In this document: positions 29,836-40,311 of the stretch, piece by piece | Layout: every line of letters starts with the position of its first letter | Numbering within the stretch: the first letter of the stretch is position 1 | Source of the DNA: an uncultured Flavobacteriaceae bacterium | GTDB lineage: Bacteria > Bacteroidota > Bacteroidia > Flavobacteriales > Flavobacteriaceae | Direction: 5' to 3' | Assembly (NCBI GenBank): GCA_964390865.1 | Contig: CAYMKR010000002.1 | Span: 840 to 64,839, forward strand | DNA length: 64,000 nucleotides | Translations under genes and position numbers: made by a program | The notes under the pieces: generated by a model | The model's input: the letters and a program-made list of their open reading frames with translations, nothing else | Databases searched by the model: none | Told to the model about the DNA's origin: nothing

Positions 29836-29899
29836 ATTTCTTTTTTATCTAGGCATATTTTAATTTGAACATTATTTCAATAGGATAATTCGTATTCAA

Positions 29900-31330
29900 T
29901 TAATAATTTAAACTTGATTTCATTTGTGCTACAACATATGCGAAATTAGAATCAAAAGCAAGATTATTATATTCTAAAGGGTCCTCTATTTGGTTATAAA
30001 GTTCAACTCCCTTAGCAATGTTTTCCCATTCTACATATCGCCATTCGTGGTTTTTTACAGATTTTCCGATCACGCTCCCTCTTCTAAGTATTGCACGAAC
30101 TTCTTCTCTAAATGGTAGTGTCGGATTTTGAATAACGCTTGCAAAACTTTTTCCTTCAAGGTTTCCAGGAACATCGTTTAACCGACTTAATTCAGCCATG
30201 GTTGGATATATATCAATAAATTCAAACATAGAATTTGATTTTAGTCCTTTAGGCTGATTATCTGCATTTGCAATTATAAATGGTGCGCTTGTTCCTTTTT
30301 CATACAAGGTCACTTTATTCCAATGATCTTGCTCTCCTAAATGATACCCGTGGTCTCCAAGAAAAACAATAACTGTATTGTCTAACTTACCCGTTTCTTC
30401 TAAAGCATCTAATAATTTACCTACTTGAGCATCTAGAAAAGATGAACAGGCATAGTAAGACCTTAAAAATTCTCTTCGATCTTGATCTGTAAAATGTCCA
30501 AATGTTTTCTTTGATGCTGTAGAAATTGCATAAGGCGGAGCTGTCCAATTGTCTGGTATAGTTGGAGGGTCGCATATACTTAGTGGATACATGTCAAAAT
30601 ACTTTTTAGGAGCGATATAAGGATCATGTGGTTTTTGAAATCCTACCGCTAAAAAGAATGGACCTTCTCTGTTTGTTTTTATAAATTCAACTGCTTTTTT
30701 TGCAATTTGACCATCCATTTGATCCTCATCAGTTCCATTAGCAGACAACCATCTCAACCAATCTTGCCATCGCGAATCTGATGACATGTTTCTACCTTCC
30801 CCTGTATTGCCTAAATCAGTATTTCTAAATGAATATATTTCATTCCATGCTTTTAAATCATTATCCTCCTCTTTAGAAGTATGAAATATTTTACCCAAAC
30901 TCATGGTGTAAAAACCATTTTTCTTGTACAATGCAGGTAGAGTTACCCAGTCTTGGATAATATCTTGTAAATGGACATGATTATCCATGATAGTTGTAGT
31001 TTCCGGTTTCATTCCTGTTAAAAATGAAGACCTACTTGGATTGCAAACTGAATAATTTGAATAGGCGTTATTAAATTGTACTCCCATCGCTGCTAATCGA
31101 TCAATATTTGGTGTTTTTACAACAGGATGACCGTAAGAACTCAATGTTTTTGTCAAATCATCAGCTACTATAAATAGTATATTTTTACCTGAAACATTAG
31201 AATTATCAACTGGCTCAACAGGATCTGGGTTTTCAACAATAATTGAATCTTCACTAATTTCGGCTACAGTTTCAGAACACCCAACTATTATTGATAATAG
31301 AGAGAAGATTAAAACAATATATTTTTTCAT
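29900..31330 (-). CDS. Sulfatase, iduronate-2-sulfatase-like, lipoprotein (paralog of 18330-19718)
   Basis: IVGC lipobox; VCNPSRSS, GKIFH, KPHDP, RREFLRSYYAC and GDHGYHLGE motifs. Confidence 0.95.
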   Translation of the reverse strand: MKKYIVLIFSLLSIIVGCSETVAEISEDSIIVENPDPVEPVDNSNVSGKNILFIVADDLTKTLSSYGHPVVKTPNIDRLAAMGVQFNNAYSNYSVCNPSRSSFLTGMKPETTTIMDNHVHLQDIIQDWVTLPALYKKNGFYTMSLGKIFHTSKEEDNDLKAWNEIYSFRNTDLGNTGEGRNMSSDSRWQDWLRWLSANGTDEDQMDGQIAKKAVEFIKTNREGPFFLAVGFQKPHDPYIAPKKYFDMYPLSICDPPTIPDNWTAPPYAISTASKKTFGHFTDQDRREFLRSYYACSSFLDAQVGKLLDALEETGKLDNTVIVFLGDHGYHLGEQDHWNKVTLYEKGTSAPFIIANADNQPKGLKSNSMFEFIDIYPTMAELSRLNDVPGNLEGKSFASVIQNPTLPFREEVRAILRRGSVIGKSVKNHEWRYVEWENIAKGVELYNQIEDPLEYNNLAFDSNFAYVVAQMKSSLNY

Positions 31331-31362
31331 CAGTAAACAGGGATTCTAATGGTTTTGGTTTT

Positions 31363-32655
31363 CTAATTATCAATTGGCATTTTGTTTTCCAGTGGGATTT
31401 CCTTTCGTAACATTTGAGCGGCTTTACCGGTCAAGAACAAGTAATGATCAGGTTTAACCCCATCATTTCCCACAAAATGAACTGTGTCATCATTAGGCGG
31501 ATTATCTAGAATCGGTATAATCGCTGTTCCCTCATCTATTTCATCAAACATTCCAACATATAGCATGTCGGCACCAGCACTTATGGCGCTATGTATTAAA
31601 TCCCAGTAAAAGACTCCCCCAAGCCTTGGAATTGCGCCATAAGTTGTGTGTCGTGCCAACCCTTTATTACTTTTTGATAAATTGTGCCAACTAAAACCGG
31701 CATAAACAAGAGGTACATAGTCTACCTTATTTTTTTTACACCATTTGATGTCTTCTATGACATGATCTCGGTATCGTATTTCGTCTTGATGTAACAATGG
31801 AGTAAATCTTTGAACCATCCATGGTAAAACAATATCGGCAGATCTAATGATTTCATGTAAGTATGGATCCGGAAGACAATCTTTGTTTAATTCTCTGAAA
31901 TAGGTAGGAACCCCCAACATGACCGAACAACCACCATATTCTGGATCATTTTTTAAAAAATCAATTAAACGATTAACCGCAATTTCTCTGATATTGTAAG
32001 ACCTGTCAGGAAATCCTAATCCCCAAAGAGTAACCAAGGGTTTGCCATTGTGGCGAAGGTAATTTTCACTATTGGTTACCTTTAGGTTATCTACCAATCT
32101 CTTCCAATCTTCAATTATTGCGGAACAGTCTTCTCCGTTTGCTTTTAATCCTGAAAGATCATACATAACGGCTATGGCTCGATCGTTTTTTTCAGCAGCA
32201 ACTACAGCATTTCTTAAGATGATGTCAGGTGATTTGTTAATGTCATTATACCTTCTTGCCACTCCAAAAAAGCGTTGCATAAATACACCATCAACACCGT
32301 AATCTTTCATCCATTTAAAATGGAGATCAGTTGTGCTTTTATCTAAAGAACTGAACACCCTGGCTCGTTTGCCATCAGGAAATTTGAATTTAGTTTCGTA
32401 AGTTTTTTCATATTCAGAAACATCTGGCCAAAAATCTATGGTGTTATGATCCTTATCAAATTTTCCGTTTTTTCCATAATGCCCCCATTCTGAACCGGAA
32501 CCATCTCCAGGAGCTCTGAACCACCCTTGATAACCGGCCATTACTAAGCCTTTATAACTTGGAAATTTTCCGCTTTTCCCATGCTTATTTTGGGCATTGA
32601 ACTGTATGCTAAAAAAAACCGCCAGACTGAGAAGAATTATATTCCGAATATTCAT
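31363..32655 (-). CDS. GH71/99-like glycoside hydrolase, single domain
   Basis: MAGYQGWF, WMKDYGVDGVFMQRF and YVGMFDEIDEGTAI motifs. Start probably ATG 32655 (or 32667), which gives a signal peptide. Confidence 0.85.
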   Translation of the reverse strand: MNIRNIILLSLAVFFSIQFNAQNKHGKSGKFPSYKGLVMAGYQGWFRAPGDGSGSEWGHYGKNGKFDKDHNTIDFWPDVSEYEKTYETKFKFPDGKRARVFSSLDKSTTDLHFKWMKDYGVDGVFMQRFFGVARRYNDINKSPDIILRNAVVAAEKNDRAIAVMYDLSGLKANGEDCSAIIEDWKRLVDNLKVTNSENYLRHNGKPLVTLWGLGFPDRSYNIREIAVNRLIDFLKNDPEYGGCSVMLGVPTYFRELNKDCLPDPYLHEIIRSADIVLPWMVQRFTPLLHQDEIRYRDHVIEDIKWCKKNKVDYVPLVYAGFSWHNLSKSNKGLARHTTYGAIPRLGGVFYWDLIHSAISAGADMLYVGMFDEIDEGTAIIPILDNPPNDDTVHFVGNDGVKPDHYLFLTGKAAQMLRKEIPLENKMPIDN

Positions 32656-32668
32656 TATATGTACCATA

Positions 32669-34957
32669 TTAATTGAATAACTGTTGATTTTCAGAAGACC
32701 CCATTTCAAATTCTATCAAGCCTCCCTGTAAAAGATCCTCATGGTTAAAAAATGGAGAGTTCATCTTTACTCCGTTTAATTTTAAGGACTGTATATATTT
32801 ATTTTTTGTTCCATTATTATTGGCAACCAATATGAATTTCTTTTTATTGGGTAAAGCAATAGTTATCTTGTCAAATATGGGACGGCCAATTGAATATTTT
32901 GGATCCCCGGGGTTTAGGGGATAAAATCCCATTGCATTAAGGATATACCATGCAGACATTTGTCCGCAATCTTCATTTCCTGACAAACCATCTGGATTGT
33001 TAAAATATAAGGAGCTCATAATGCTATCTGTCAATTTCTGTGTCTTCCAGGGTTGTCCTACATAGTTATACAAATGGGTGATATGATGACTAGGCTCATT
33101 TCCATGGGCATACTGTCCAATCAACCCTGAGATATCTGCTGATTGTTCCTCTCCTAATATGTCTGAACTTGTTGAAAAAAGTTCATCCAATTTATTTACA
33201 AATCCTTCTTTCCCTCCCATTAAGGCTACAAGCCCATCGACATCATGTGGCACGAACCATGTCCATTGCCAGGCGTTACCTTCCACATAATCATCTTTCT
33301 TGTGTTGTGAATATTTTGGGTTGAAAGGAACCTTGAAGGTTCCATCTTGTTTAACCCCACGCATGAATCCGGTTTCAGAATCAAAATATTTTTTATACCT
33401 TTTTGAACGTTCGGTGAAGCGATTGAAGTCTTCTTTTTCCCCAAGATCTTTAGCCATTTGAGCGATGCACCAATCATTATATGCATACTCTAAGCCTTTC
33501 GAAACAGATTTAATTTCTAAATCTGACGGAATGTATCCCAATTTTTCATTGTATTCTTTCGCCATGGGAGACAATTTACTTTTAACAGTTTCTGATGGGA
33601 AGTGAATATTAGTAGTATCAAATGTTGAAGCGTGTAACATGGCCTCATAAGCTTTTTTGACATCAAAATCTCTTTCCCCTTTGAAGTAAGCATCTGTAAT
33701 CACAGGAATAGCATGGTAACCTATCATAGTTCCAGTATAGTTTCCGTTAAGCTCCCATTTTGGCAAAATTCCTCCATGATCATATTTGGTCAACAAGGAG
33801 TTTATATAGTCGTTATTTTTTTCAGGTTCAATGATATTCAGTAATGGATGAAATGCCCTGAAAGTATCCCATAAAGAAAAAACCGTATACATATTTTTTC
33901 CATCAGAAGTATATATTTTTTGATCCATACCTCTATATCTACCATCAACATCATTGAAAATATAAGGACTCATAGCTGTATGATACAGTCCAGTATAAAA
34001 GATTGTTTTTTGATCCACTGAACCTCCTTCTACAGTTATTTTATTTAACTGTTTTACCCAGGTTTCAGAGGCTTCATTTTTCACTTTATCAAAATTCCAA
34101 TGAGGAACTTCTGTATCCAGGTTTTTTTGTGCTCCTTCGTAATCTACTGAGGAGATGCCGACTTTGGCCATTAATGGTTTTGAATTATTTTCTACAAAAT
34201 TTAAAACAGCCACTAAGTTTTCCCCATTTGCTTTATTTAAAGTTGATACTTCAGAGTTCCCTTCATATATTTTATAGGTAAAAGGACGATCAAATTTGGC
34301 GTGAAAATAGATGTGCCGATTTTGTGCCCAGCCTTTTATATGCTTATATCCGGAAATTTCGGTATCACTGATGATATTGATTTCGCTACTAATAATTTGA
34401 CGATCTTGGATGGTGTGCTTTAAATCTATGATTAACCCATTGCTTTGTTCCTTAGGAAAGCTATAACGATGGAAACCTACTCTGGTACTCGCGGTTAATT
34501 CGGCCTTTATTTTGTAATCGGATAATTCGACTGAATAATAACCTGGACTAGCCACTTCAGAGTTATGATTAAAACGACTTCTGTAACCTGAATCAGGATT
34601 TTCAGGTGAACCTGGGGTGATTTTGGCCTCTCCTGTGAATGGCATAAACAGTATATCTCCCAGATCGCCAATCCCGGTTCCACTTAAATGAGTATGACTA
34701 AAACCTCTAATAGAATTGTCAGAATAGTGGTAACCACCACATGCATCCCAACCTGCAGTTCTTGTATCAGGACTTAGTTGAATCATGCCATTTGGTATTG
34801 TGGCTCCAGGAAAAGTATGGCCATGTCCACCCGTACCAATAAATGGATTTACAAAATGGGTATTGTCATTAATTTTATTAGAATTATTATTATTTTTGGA
34901 ACAGCCAATTAGAAATATTGAAATGATCATTAATGTGTAACCAATAATTTTCTTCAT
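32669..34957 (-). CDS. GH92 alpha-mannosidase, lipoprotein
   Basis: VNPFIGTGGHGHTFPGA, FSHTHLSGTG, FSLWDTFRA, YVEGNAWQW, HGNEPSHH and GNEDCGQMSAWY motifs. Confidence 0.97.
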   Translation of the reverse strand: MKKIIGYTLMIISIFLIGCSKNNNNSNKINDNTHFVNPFIGTGGHGHTFPGATIPNGMIQLSPDTRTAGWDACGGYHYSDNSIRGFSHTHLSGTGIGDLGDILFMPFTGEAKITPGSPENPDSGYRSRFNHNSEVASPGYYSVELSDYKIKAELTASTRVGFHRYSFPKEQSNGLIIDLKHTIQDRQIISSEINIISDTEISGYKHIKGWAQNRHIYFHAKFDRPFTYKIYEGNSEVSTLNKANGENLVAVLNFVENNSKPLMAKVGISSVDYEGAQKNLDTEVPHWNFDKVKNEASETWVKQLNKITVEGGSVDQKTIFYTGLYHTAMSPYIFNDVDGRYRGMDQKIYTSDGKNMYTVFSLWDTFRAFHPLLNIIEPEKNNDYINSLLTKYDHGGILPKWELNGNYTGTMIGYHAIPVITDAYFKGERDFDVKKAYEAMLHASTFDTTNIHFPSETVKSKLSPMAKEYNEKLGYIPSDLEIKSVSKGLEYAYNDWCIAQMAKDLGEKEDFNRFTERSKRYKKYFDSETGFMRGVKQDGTFKVPFNPKYSQHKKDDYVEGNAWQWTWFVPHDVDGLVALMGGKEGFVNKLDELFSTSSDILGEEQSADISGLIGQYAHGNEPSHHITHLYNYVGQPWKTQKLTDSIMSSLYFNNPDGLSGNEDCGQMSAWYILNAMGFYPLNPGDPKYSIGRPIFDKITIALPNKKKFILVANNNGTKNKYIQSLKLNGVKMNSPFFNHEDLLQGGLIEFEMGSSENQQLFN

Positions 34958-35043
34958 AACGTATCGTTTATAAATTTTCTCAAAATAAACAGCAATAGAT
35001 AATCTCTTGCTATGTCAAATAAGAATTAATTTGATCGTAACAG

Positions 35044-35104
35044 AAGTCAAATGTAGAAGAGGAGTATTAATTATGGGATAATAAAAAATTAATTAAGAAT
35101 TAAT
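35044..35104 (-). promoter_or_regulatory. Shared promoter motif copy 3 upstream of the GH92-led operon
   Basis: TACATTTG on the minus strand (35048-35055). Shares AAGTCAAATGTA and AATTAATTAAGAATTAAT at identical spacing with the reverse complement of copy 1. Confidence 0.7.
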
Positions 35105-35147
35105 AACAAAGAAATATTATATATTCCTCATTATTATAGAAAAGCTA

Positions 35148-35942
35148 CTAATTAAGACCAACAAATTTATGGCTAATCGTATCAGTCGAAACTTCCCATA
35201 GTCTGAATCCCATGGGTCTTTTATCAAAATTTTTACTTGTAGTTTCGCCACTTACCAATTGGATATTTGCAAAGTTATTTATGATTGTCTCATGCTTATG
35301 CCCGGAAAGGTAGGCCTCTACATTATATTGTTTGAAAAGGCCAAGAATCTTCTTTCGAGTAACCAAGGGTAAGTTGAAATATTTTTCCTTTTCATCTGGA
35401 GATTTAATAAATAGGGGGTAATGACCCACAACAAATATTGGCGCATTTTTTCCAATACTATCAAGGGTGTATTCGAACCAAACATCGTGTTTTTCTGATT
35501 CTTTTTCTACCTCAACTTTCCATAATTGTGTATTTGTTACTACAAATGAATAGCCTTTATTTTCAAATGTATAATAGTCTTTTCCAATTGTTTTTCTGTA
35601 GTACTGAAGAGTACTGTCAGTTGGTTTATTCCCTACATCATGATTTCCTGCTGCCAGGTAATAGGGTGCTTTAAGATCATTTATAATTCTTTTGAAGTCA
35701 GCATAAGAACTATCGTTCGCATGATGAACCAAGTCTCCGCAAATAACGACAAAATCAGGGTTGAGTTCATTTATTTGTAGAACGGCTTGTTCAAATGTTT
35801 TAATATCATGTTCGTAGCCACCCATTCCTAGCTGAGTATCACATAATTGAGCGAAATTAAATGGTTCTTGCACCTTTTTATCACAGGATACAGAGCAAGT
35901 TAGTAAGACAATAATTAGTAGATATGGGGTCCATTTTTTCAT
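35148..35942 (-). CDS. Calcineurin-like metallophosphoesterase (CPPED1-like), lipoprotein
   Basis: DTQLG, GDLV, GNHD, GHYP and GHKH motifs. Confidence 0.9.
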   Translation of the reverse strand: MKKWTPYLLIIVLLTCSVSCDKKVQEPFNFAQLCDTQLGMGGYEHDIKTFEQAVLQINELNPDFVVICGDLVHHANDSSYADFKRIINDLKAPYYLAAGNHDVGNKPTDSTLQYYRKTIGKDYYTFENKGYSFVVTNTQLWKVEVEKESEKHDVWFEYTLDSIGKNAPIFVVGHYPLFIKSPDEKEKYFNLPLVTRKKILGLFKQYNVEAYLSGHKHETIINNFANIQLVSGETTSKNFDKRPMGFRLWEVSTDTISHKFVGLN

Positions 35943-35949
35943 GAAATGA

Positions 35950-36939
35950 TTAATTTAAATTCGCTTTATCCCAAACCTTCCCTGTTTTCTGATCAATCAT
36001 TTCAATTGATATCTGATCTCCATCTATCTTGACAGAAACTATGTAATACATGGCTTCTTCTAGGTCAGTTGTTGTGCCGTCGGCAGCATAAAATTTGAAA
36101 GGAGAGACTCCCTCAGTTATTTCATTTTCAAGTCGTTTTCCATAATATACATCACCCTCTATGGCATCATTTTCTCTTTTTAATTGATAAATCGGTGCGC
36201 CTGCACCTGCTGATATGATATAATTGGTTCCTTGCCGTCTTGTTCGGTAATAAATATGATCATGTCCTGCAAAAACGGCTATAACATTATATTTGTCATA
36301 TAACTTCGTAACTTCAGTTTCCTTGCCATCAACGTCTTGATATGATTTTGATCCAACTGTGTAATGGGGTCGGTGGCCGTATACAAAAATATGCTTCCCT
36401 CTAGCTCTTTTCAATTCTTTTTTGAGCCATTTGAGTTTTTTCGGATCGTCATTTACTTTTGGCCAAGGCAGCGCTATAAATTTGGCGTTGCCATAAGTGA
36501 AACTATACATGATTTTCTTCATTCCGAAAAAATTGGAGAAATTTTCAATACTGTCATCTCCTCCAGACTCTTCATGATTTCCGACCGTAGGCCACATAGG
36601 GTATTTGCGCATAAACCAGCCTCCCATCGAATCAAGTTTCTCATAATCTGTTTTGCCAATTAATCCACCTCCTGTGTTAACGAGGTCTGCCGTGGTTATG
36701 CAAAAGTCCGGTTTTAAAGAATCAGCACGTTTTAATACATCAGGAAAATATTTAGAGCCTTTTGAATCTCCAAAAACCAAAAAATGCATTTTAGCAGGTT
36801 TTTTGCCCTTTTCAGCTTTCAATTGTTTCATTAATGGTTCAGGGTTATACGGGTTGGCTTCCTGAGCATAACTAATTGAAGTTATAACGAATAGTAATAG
36901 AGTTCCAACAACGATCTTATAATCAATTTTTATTTTCAT
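35950..36939 (-). CDS. Secreted metallophosphoesterase (purple-acid-phosphatase-like)
   Basis: GDS, TADLV, GNHE, HRP and GHDHIY motifs. Confidence 0.88.
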   Translation of the reverse strand: MKIKIDYKIVVGTLLLFVITSISYAQEANPYNPEPLMKQLKAEKGKKPAKMHFLVFGDSKGSKYFPDVLKRADSLKPDFCITTADLVNTGGGLIGKTDYEKLDSMGGWFMRKYPMWPTVGNHEESGGDDSIENFSNFFGMKKIMYSFTYGNAKFIALPWPKVNDDPKKLKWLKKELKRARGKHIFVYGHRPHYTVGSKSYQDVDGKETEVTKLYDKYNVIAVFAGHDHIYYRTRRQGTNYIISAGAGAPIYQLKRENDAIEGDVYYGKRLENEITEGVSPFKFYAADGTTTDLEEAMYYIVSVKIDGDQISIEMIDQKTGKVWDKANLN

Positions 36940-37849
36940 GTATTTTGAATTTATTATCTAACTTTAGTTTGTAAATATTTCCTCCTTCATCACTATTTTG
37001 CCAATATTCATCGGAGATATAAAGTAAGTCATTTGAAACAAAACATACTGCTTCTTTTTGGGTCTTTTTACCCAAGCTTATTTCTAAGCAGTCCCCGTTG
37101 AAGAATTGGTCCTTTTCAAAATTATAGAATATCCAGAGTTTCTTTTCATTTAATAAGCAAACCTTATCTCCGAAAGGGCTAATTGCGGCACCTGTAACCC
37201 AATAATCACCAAAATCACTAACAGTGCCAGACTTTTTTCCAGTGTAAAAAGTACCGATCTTTTTTGCTATATGATGTCCTTCCATTGCTGGTAAACGATA
37301 CATATTCGTCGCCATTGGAAAGGACCTATGTTTGGTAAAGAGATAAATATTTTGATTAAACCAAAACATTGCCTCACAATCAAAGTTCAGTTTTTCTTTT
37401 GGAGGAGGAAAATCAACTTGATCTTCAAATGAAAAAGAAATGATCTTAGCTGAAACTTTATTTTCTTTTATTTTTTTTGGATTTGGTATTTTGAAAATGG
37501 AAAGATCCTTAGAGGAATTACTATTATTTCCAATATTCCCAATATAAAAGTTTCCTTGGTCATCTTTGCTAATATCCTCCCAATCACGATTTTTAACATT
37601 TACAATTTCCAATGTCTTTAGTAAATTACCTTGCGTATCAATCAAAAACAGTTCTGGTTTTCCTCCGGCATCATTAAACGTCCATATTTGATTCTTTCCC
37701 GTAGTCTCCAGTCCGGATGATTCATTGATGATTGATGGTAGTTTTGACAACAATTCGAGTTTTTGACCCCTTGAATTCGTTGATCCGAATTGCAGAAGGA
37801 TAATAGCAAAAATACTTATCGAGAAATGATTAAAATTCATAAGACACAT
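36923..37849 (-). CDS. Secreted beta-propeller hypothetical protein (SdiA-regulated-like)
   Basis: ESSGL, WTFNDAGG, NRDWEDI, IGNN, NFDCEA and QKEAV motifs. Confidence 0.65.
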   Translation of the reverse strand: MCLMNFNHFSISIFAIILLQFGSTNSRGQKLELLSKLPSIINESSGLETTGKNQIWTFNDAGGKPELFLIDTQGNLLKTLEIVNVKNRDWEDISKDDQGNFYIGNIGNNSNSSKDLSIFKIPNPKKIKENKVSAKIISFSFEDQVDFPPPKEKLNFDCEAMFWFNQNIYLFTKHRSFPMATNMYRLPAMEGHHIAKKIGTFYTGKKSGTVSDFGDYWVTGAAISPFGDKVCLLNEKKLWIFYNFEKDQFFNGDCLEISLGKKTQKEAVCFVSNDLLYISDEYWQNSDEGGNIYKLKLDNKFKIHENKN

Positions 37850-37882
37850 ATTATAGAAAGTATCAATCGGGCTTTATTAGTT

Positions 37883-38671
37883 TTAAAATGCACTTTTCAC
37901 CAATCCACCCTCGGCTCTAATATTTGAACCATTGATTACAGCGGCTCTAGAACTGCAAATAAATGCAACAATATCACCAATCTCTTTAGGGTTTATAAAC
38001 CTTTGAATAAGAGAACTAGGCCTGTTTTCGAGCATAAATTTTGTTTCGGCTTCTTCCATAGATAATTCAGGAAAAATTCCTTTTACAAAATTTTCAACAC
38101 TTTTTGTTTTTGTAGGGCCTGGAAGTACGCTGTTTACCGTGACCTCTGTGCCTTTGGTTAATTCTGCAAGAGCTCGGGATATTCCTAATTGCATGGTTTT
38201 AGTAGCACTGTAATGAACCATTTCTGGTGCTGGAGATATTCCCGATTCACTGGATATAAATATAATTCTACCTTTTCTGTTTTGCAACATTTTATTTAAA
38301 TAATGCCTTGATAAGCGCACCCCACTTAATACATTGGTTTCAAATAATGTTTGCCAGTTTTCATCCTTTTCATTAAAAAACCCAACGGCTTCATAAATAC
38401 CTAAACAATTGATCAATATATCAACCTCGGGGTAAGAATCAATTGACTTATCGCAGCCTTCTTTTGTTGAATTATCAGCAACTAAGGGCTGCAAAATGGC
38501 TTCAGGGCAGGTTTTTTTTATACTCTCAATGGCTGATTCAACTGAAGAATTGCTTCTTCCGTTGATAATTACGTGAGCACCTTCTGAAGCTAAGGATCTC
38601 GCAATCTCTAAACCAATACCTCCAGATGAGGCAGTTACCAGTGCTGTTTTATTTTCTAATTCTAATTTCAT
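37883..38671 (-). CDS. SDR family NAD(P)-dependent oxidoreductase
   Basis: [16 protein letters not shown] (YxxxK) and VNSVLPGPT motifs. Confidence 0.93.
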   Translation of the reverse strand: MKLELENKTALVTASSGGIGLEIARSLASEGAHVIINGRSNSSVESAIESIKKTCPEAILQPLVADNSTKEGCDKSIDSYPEVDILINCLGIYEAVGFFNEKDENWQTLFETNVLSGVRLSRHYLNKMLQNRKGRIIFISSESGISPAPEMVHYSATKTMQLGISRALAELTKGTEVTVNSVLPGPTKTKSVENFVKGIFPELSMEEAETKFMLENRPSSLIQRFINPKEIGDIVAFICSSRAAVINGSNIRAEGGLVKSAF

Positions 38672-38690
38672 ATTTTTCTTCTAATTTGAT

Positions 38691-39557
38691 TTAAAATTTA
38701 ACAAACAATACCTGATTAGTTCCATGTTGAGGAAATGCAAGGGTATTGAGTTCTTTGGAAAAATTTGGATCTGTTGGATTTTTAAGGCCGGAAATAAATT
38801 CAACTACTTCTCCTTTTTTTACATTTACCTTTAACAATTTGCCTGAAGCCCAATCGGTGATATAGTAATGCTTTCCTGCCTTGGCAATTCCTTCAAGATT
38901 TCCGACTTCCTTAATAAGCACTGAGATTTTTTTTGTTTTGAGGTCCACACTCAGTAAATCTCCTAATTTGGAAGTGTCGAAACTTCCAGGCTTACTTAAA
39001 ACACCCCAGGAAGCTACTATCAGACTGTCATCCTCCATGTACAGTCCGTCGGGAGCTTCTAATCTATCACTTTCTATCCATATCTCAGGCTTTTTGGTAT
39101 CAGCAGATATTTTGTAGATTTTATTTCCAAAAAAATCGGAAACGTATAAATCTCCATTTGATGCTCGAGCAATATCATTTAAGAACAAGCCATCACTTAT
39201 AGGGATAAATGTGGAAACCTTTTGTTTGGCAATATCGATTATATAAACACCATCTCTGTCAACAACATATAAATATTCATCGGTTACGGTCATGCCAGAA
39301 GGTGCATGCATACCTTCTTTCTTCCCAATCCAAAAAGGTGCAATAACGTTGCCTTTTTCATCTGTTCTGCTGATCCACCCATTTCCGTCTTTTTCTAAAG
39401 AGATACCTCCTCCTAAGTTCGAGACAAACCATGTACTTGAAGAGGCATGCCATACCACCTGATCAGGTGCATCGTAAGCTTGATCAGCGTTTTGCGCTTC
39501 ATTTGAGAATGGCAATAAATACGCGAATACTATAATTGTAAATAATTTTATTTTCAT
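38691..39557 (-). CDS. Secreted SMP-30/gluconolactonase-like beta-propeller
   Basis: Signal peptide; KDGNGWIS, APSGM, FLNDI...GDLYVSD, PDGL and LEGI...YYITDW motifs. Confidence 0.75.
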   Translation of the reverse strand: MKIKLFTIIVFAYLLPFSNEAQNADQAYDAPDQVVWHASSSTWFVSNLGGGISLEKDGNGWISRTDEKGNVIAPFWIGKKEGMHAPSGMTVTDEYLYVVDRDGVYIIDIAKQKVSTFIPISDGLFLNDIARASNGDLYVSDFFGNKIYKISADTKKPEIWIESDRLEAPDGLYMEDDSLIVASWGVLSKPGSFDTSKLGDLLSVDLKTKKISVLIKEVGNLEGIAKAGKHYYITDWASGKLLKVNVKKGEVVEFISGLKNPTDPNFSKELNTLAFPQHGTNQVLFVKF

Positions 39558-39618
39558 AATGATTTTTTAAATAGTTATTTTAGGTTTTTCATAATGTATT
39601 TATACTATTGTCTTTATT

Positions 39619-40311
39619 CTAGTTGGTTGTGAACGACCATACCTGACCAACTGCTTGAGCTCCTTTATCGTCCATTACATTTATTTTCCAATAGTAAGTT
39701 TTATTCGGACTCAAATCATAGGCATATGAAGATTCGCTGTGATTTTCGGATACCAAAGGAGGCGGATTTGAATTTCCGATAAAAATATCAAATATCAAGT
39801 CATTACTATCAATATCTGTTGAGCTCCAGTTAAGGATTATCGAGTTGCTAGAAATTTGGTCGTTTATAACCGGATTAATCAGGCTAGCAGCATTAGGAAT
39901 ATGATTCCTTTGTCCTTCTGCTTCGGAATAAAAGTCCCTGATTATAGAATACTCCCCTGATTTGTTTTTGGAGTCTTTGGCCTTGACTCTCCAATAATAC
40001 TCAACTCCCTTTATCAAATCGAATGTAACTGAAATATTGGATGTTGACCTTACTTGAAGATTTTTTGAGAACGAATTATTTGTAGCTAACTGGATCTGAT
40101 AGGAAATGGGATCTCCATCAGGGTCAGATGATTTATTCCAGACAAAGTTCAAAGGGCTGTCGGAACAATTCAAACCATCAATCGGAGTCATAAGCGAAGG
40201 AGCCGATGGGGGTTTATTCAATTTAGGTTCTGTAAATGGATGATCTTCATCTGATGAATCGCTGCACCCAGATAATAATATGCATAGAAAAATTAAAATG
40301 TGGATTTTCAT
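39619..40311 (-). CDS. Lipoprotein with two fibronectin-III-like domains
   Basis: LSGC lipobox; two N.PP.AP.L..P...W..S.D.D...YYW.V repeats; ATGA overlap with the upstream gene. Confidence 0.8.
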   Translation of the reverse strand: MKIHILIFLCILLSGCSDSSDEDHPFTEPKLNKPPSAPSLMTPIDGLNCSDSPLNFVWNKSSDPDGDPISYQIQLATNNSFSKNLQVRSTSNISVTFDLIKGVEYYWRVKAKDSKNKSGEYSIIRDFYSEAEGQRNHIPNAASLINPVINDQISSNSIILNWSSTDIDSNDLIFDIFIGNSNPPPLVSENHSESSYAYDLSPNKTYYWKINVMDDKGAQAVGQVWSFTTN

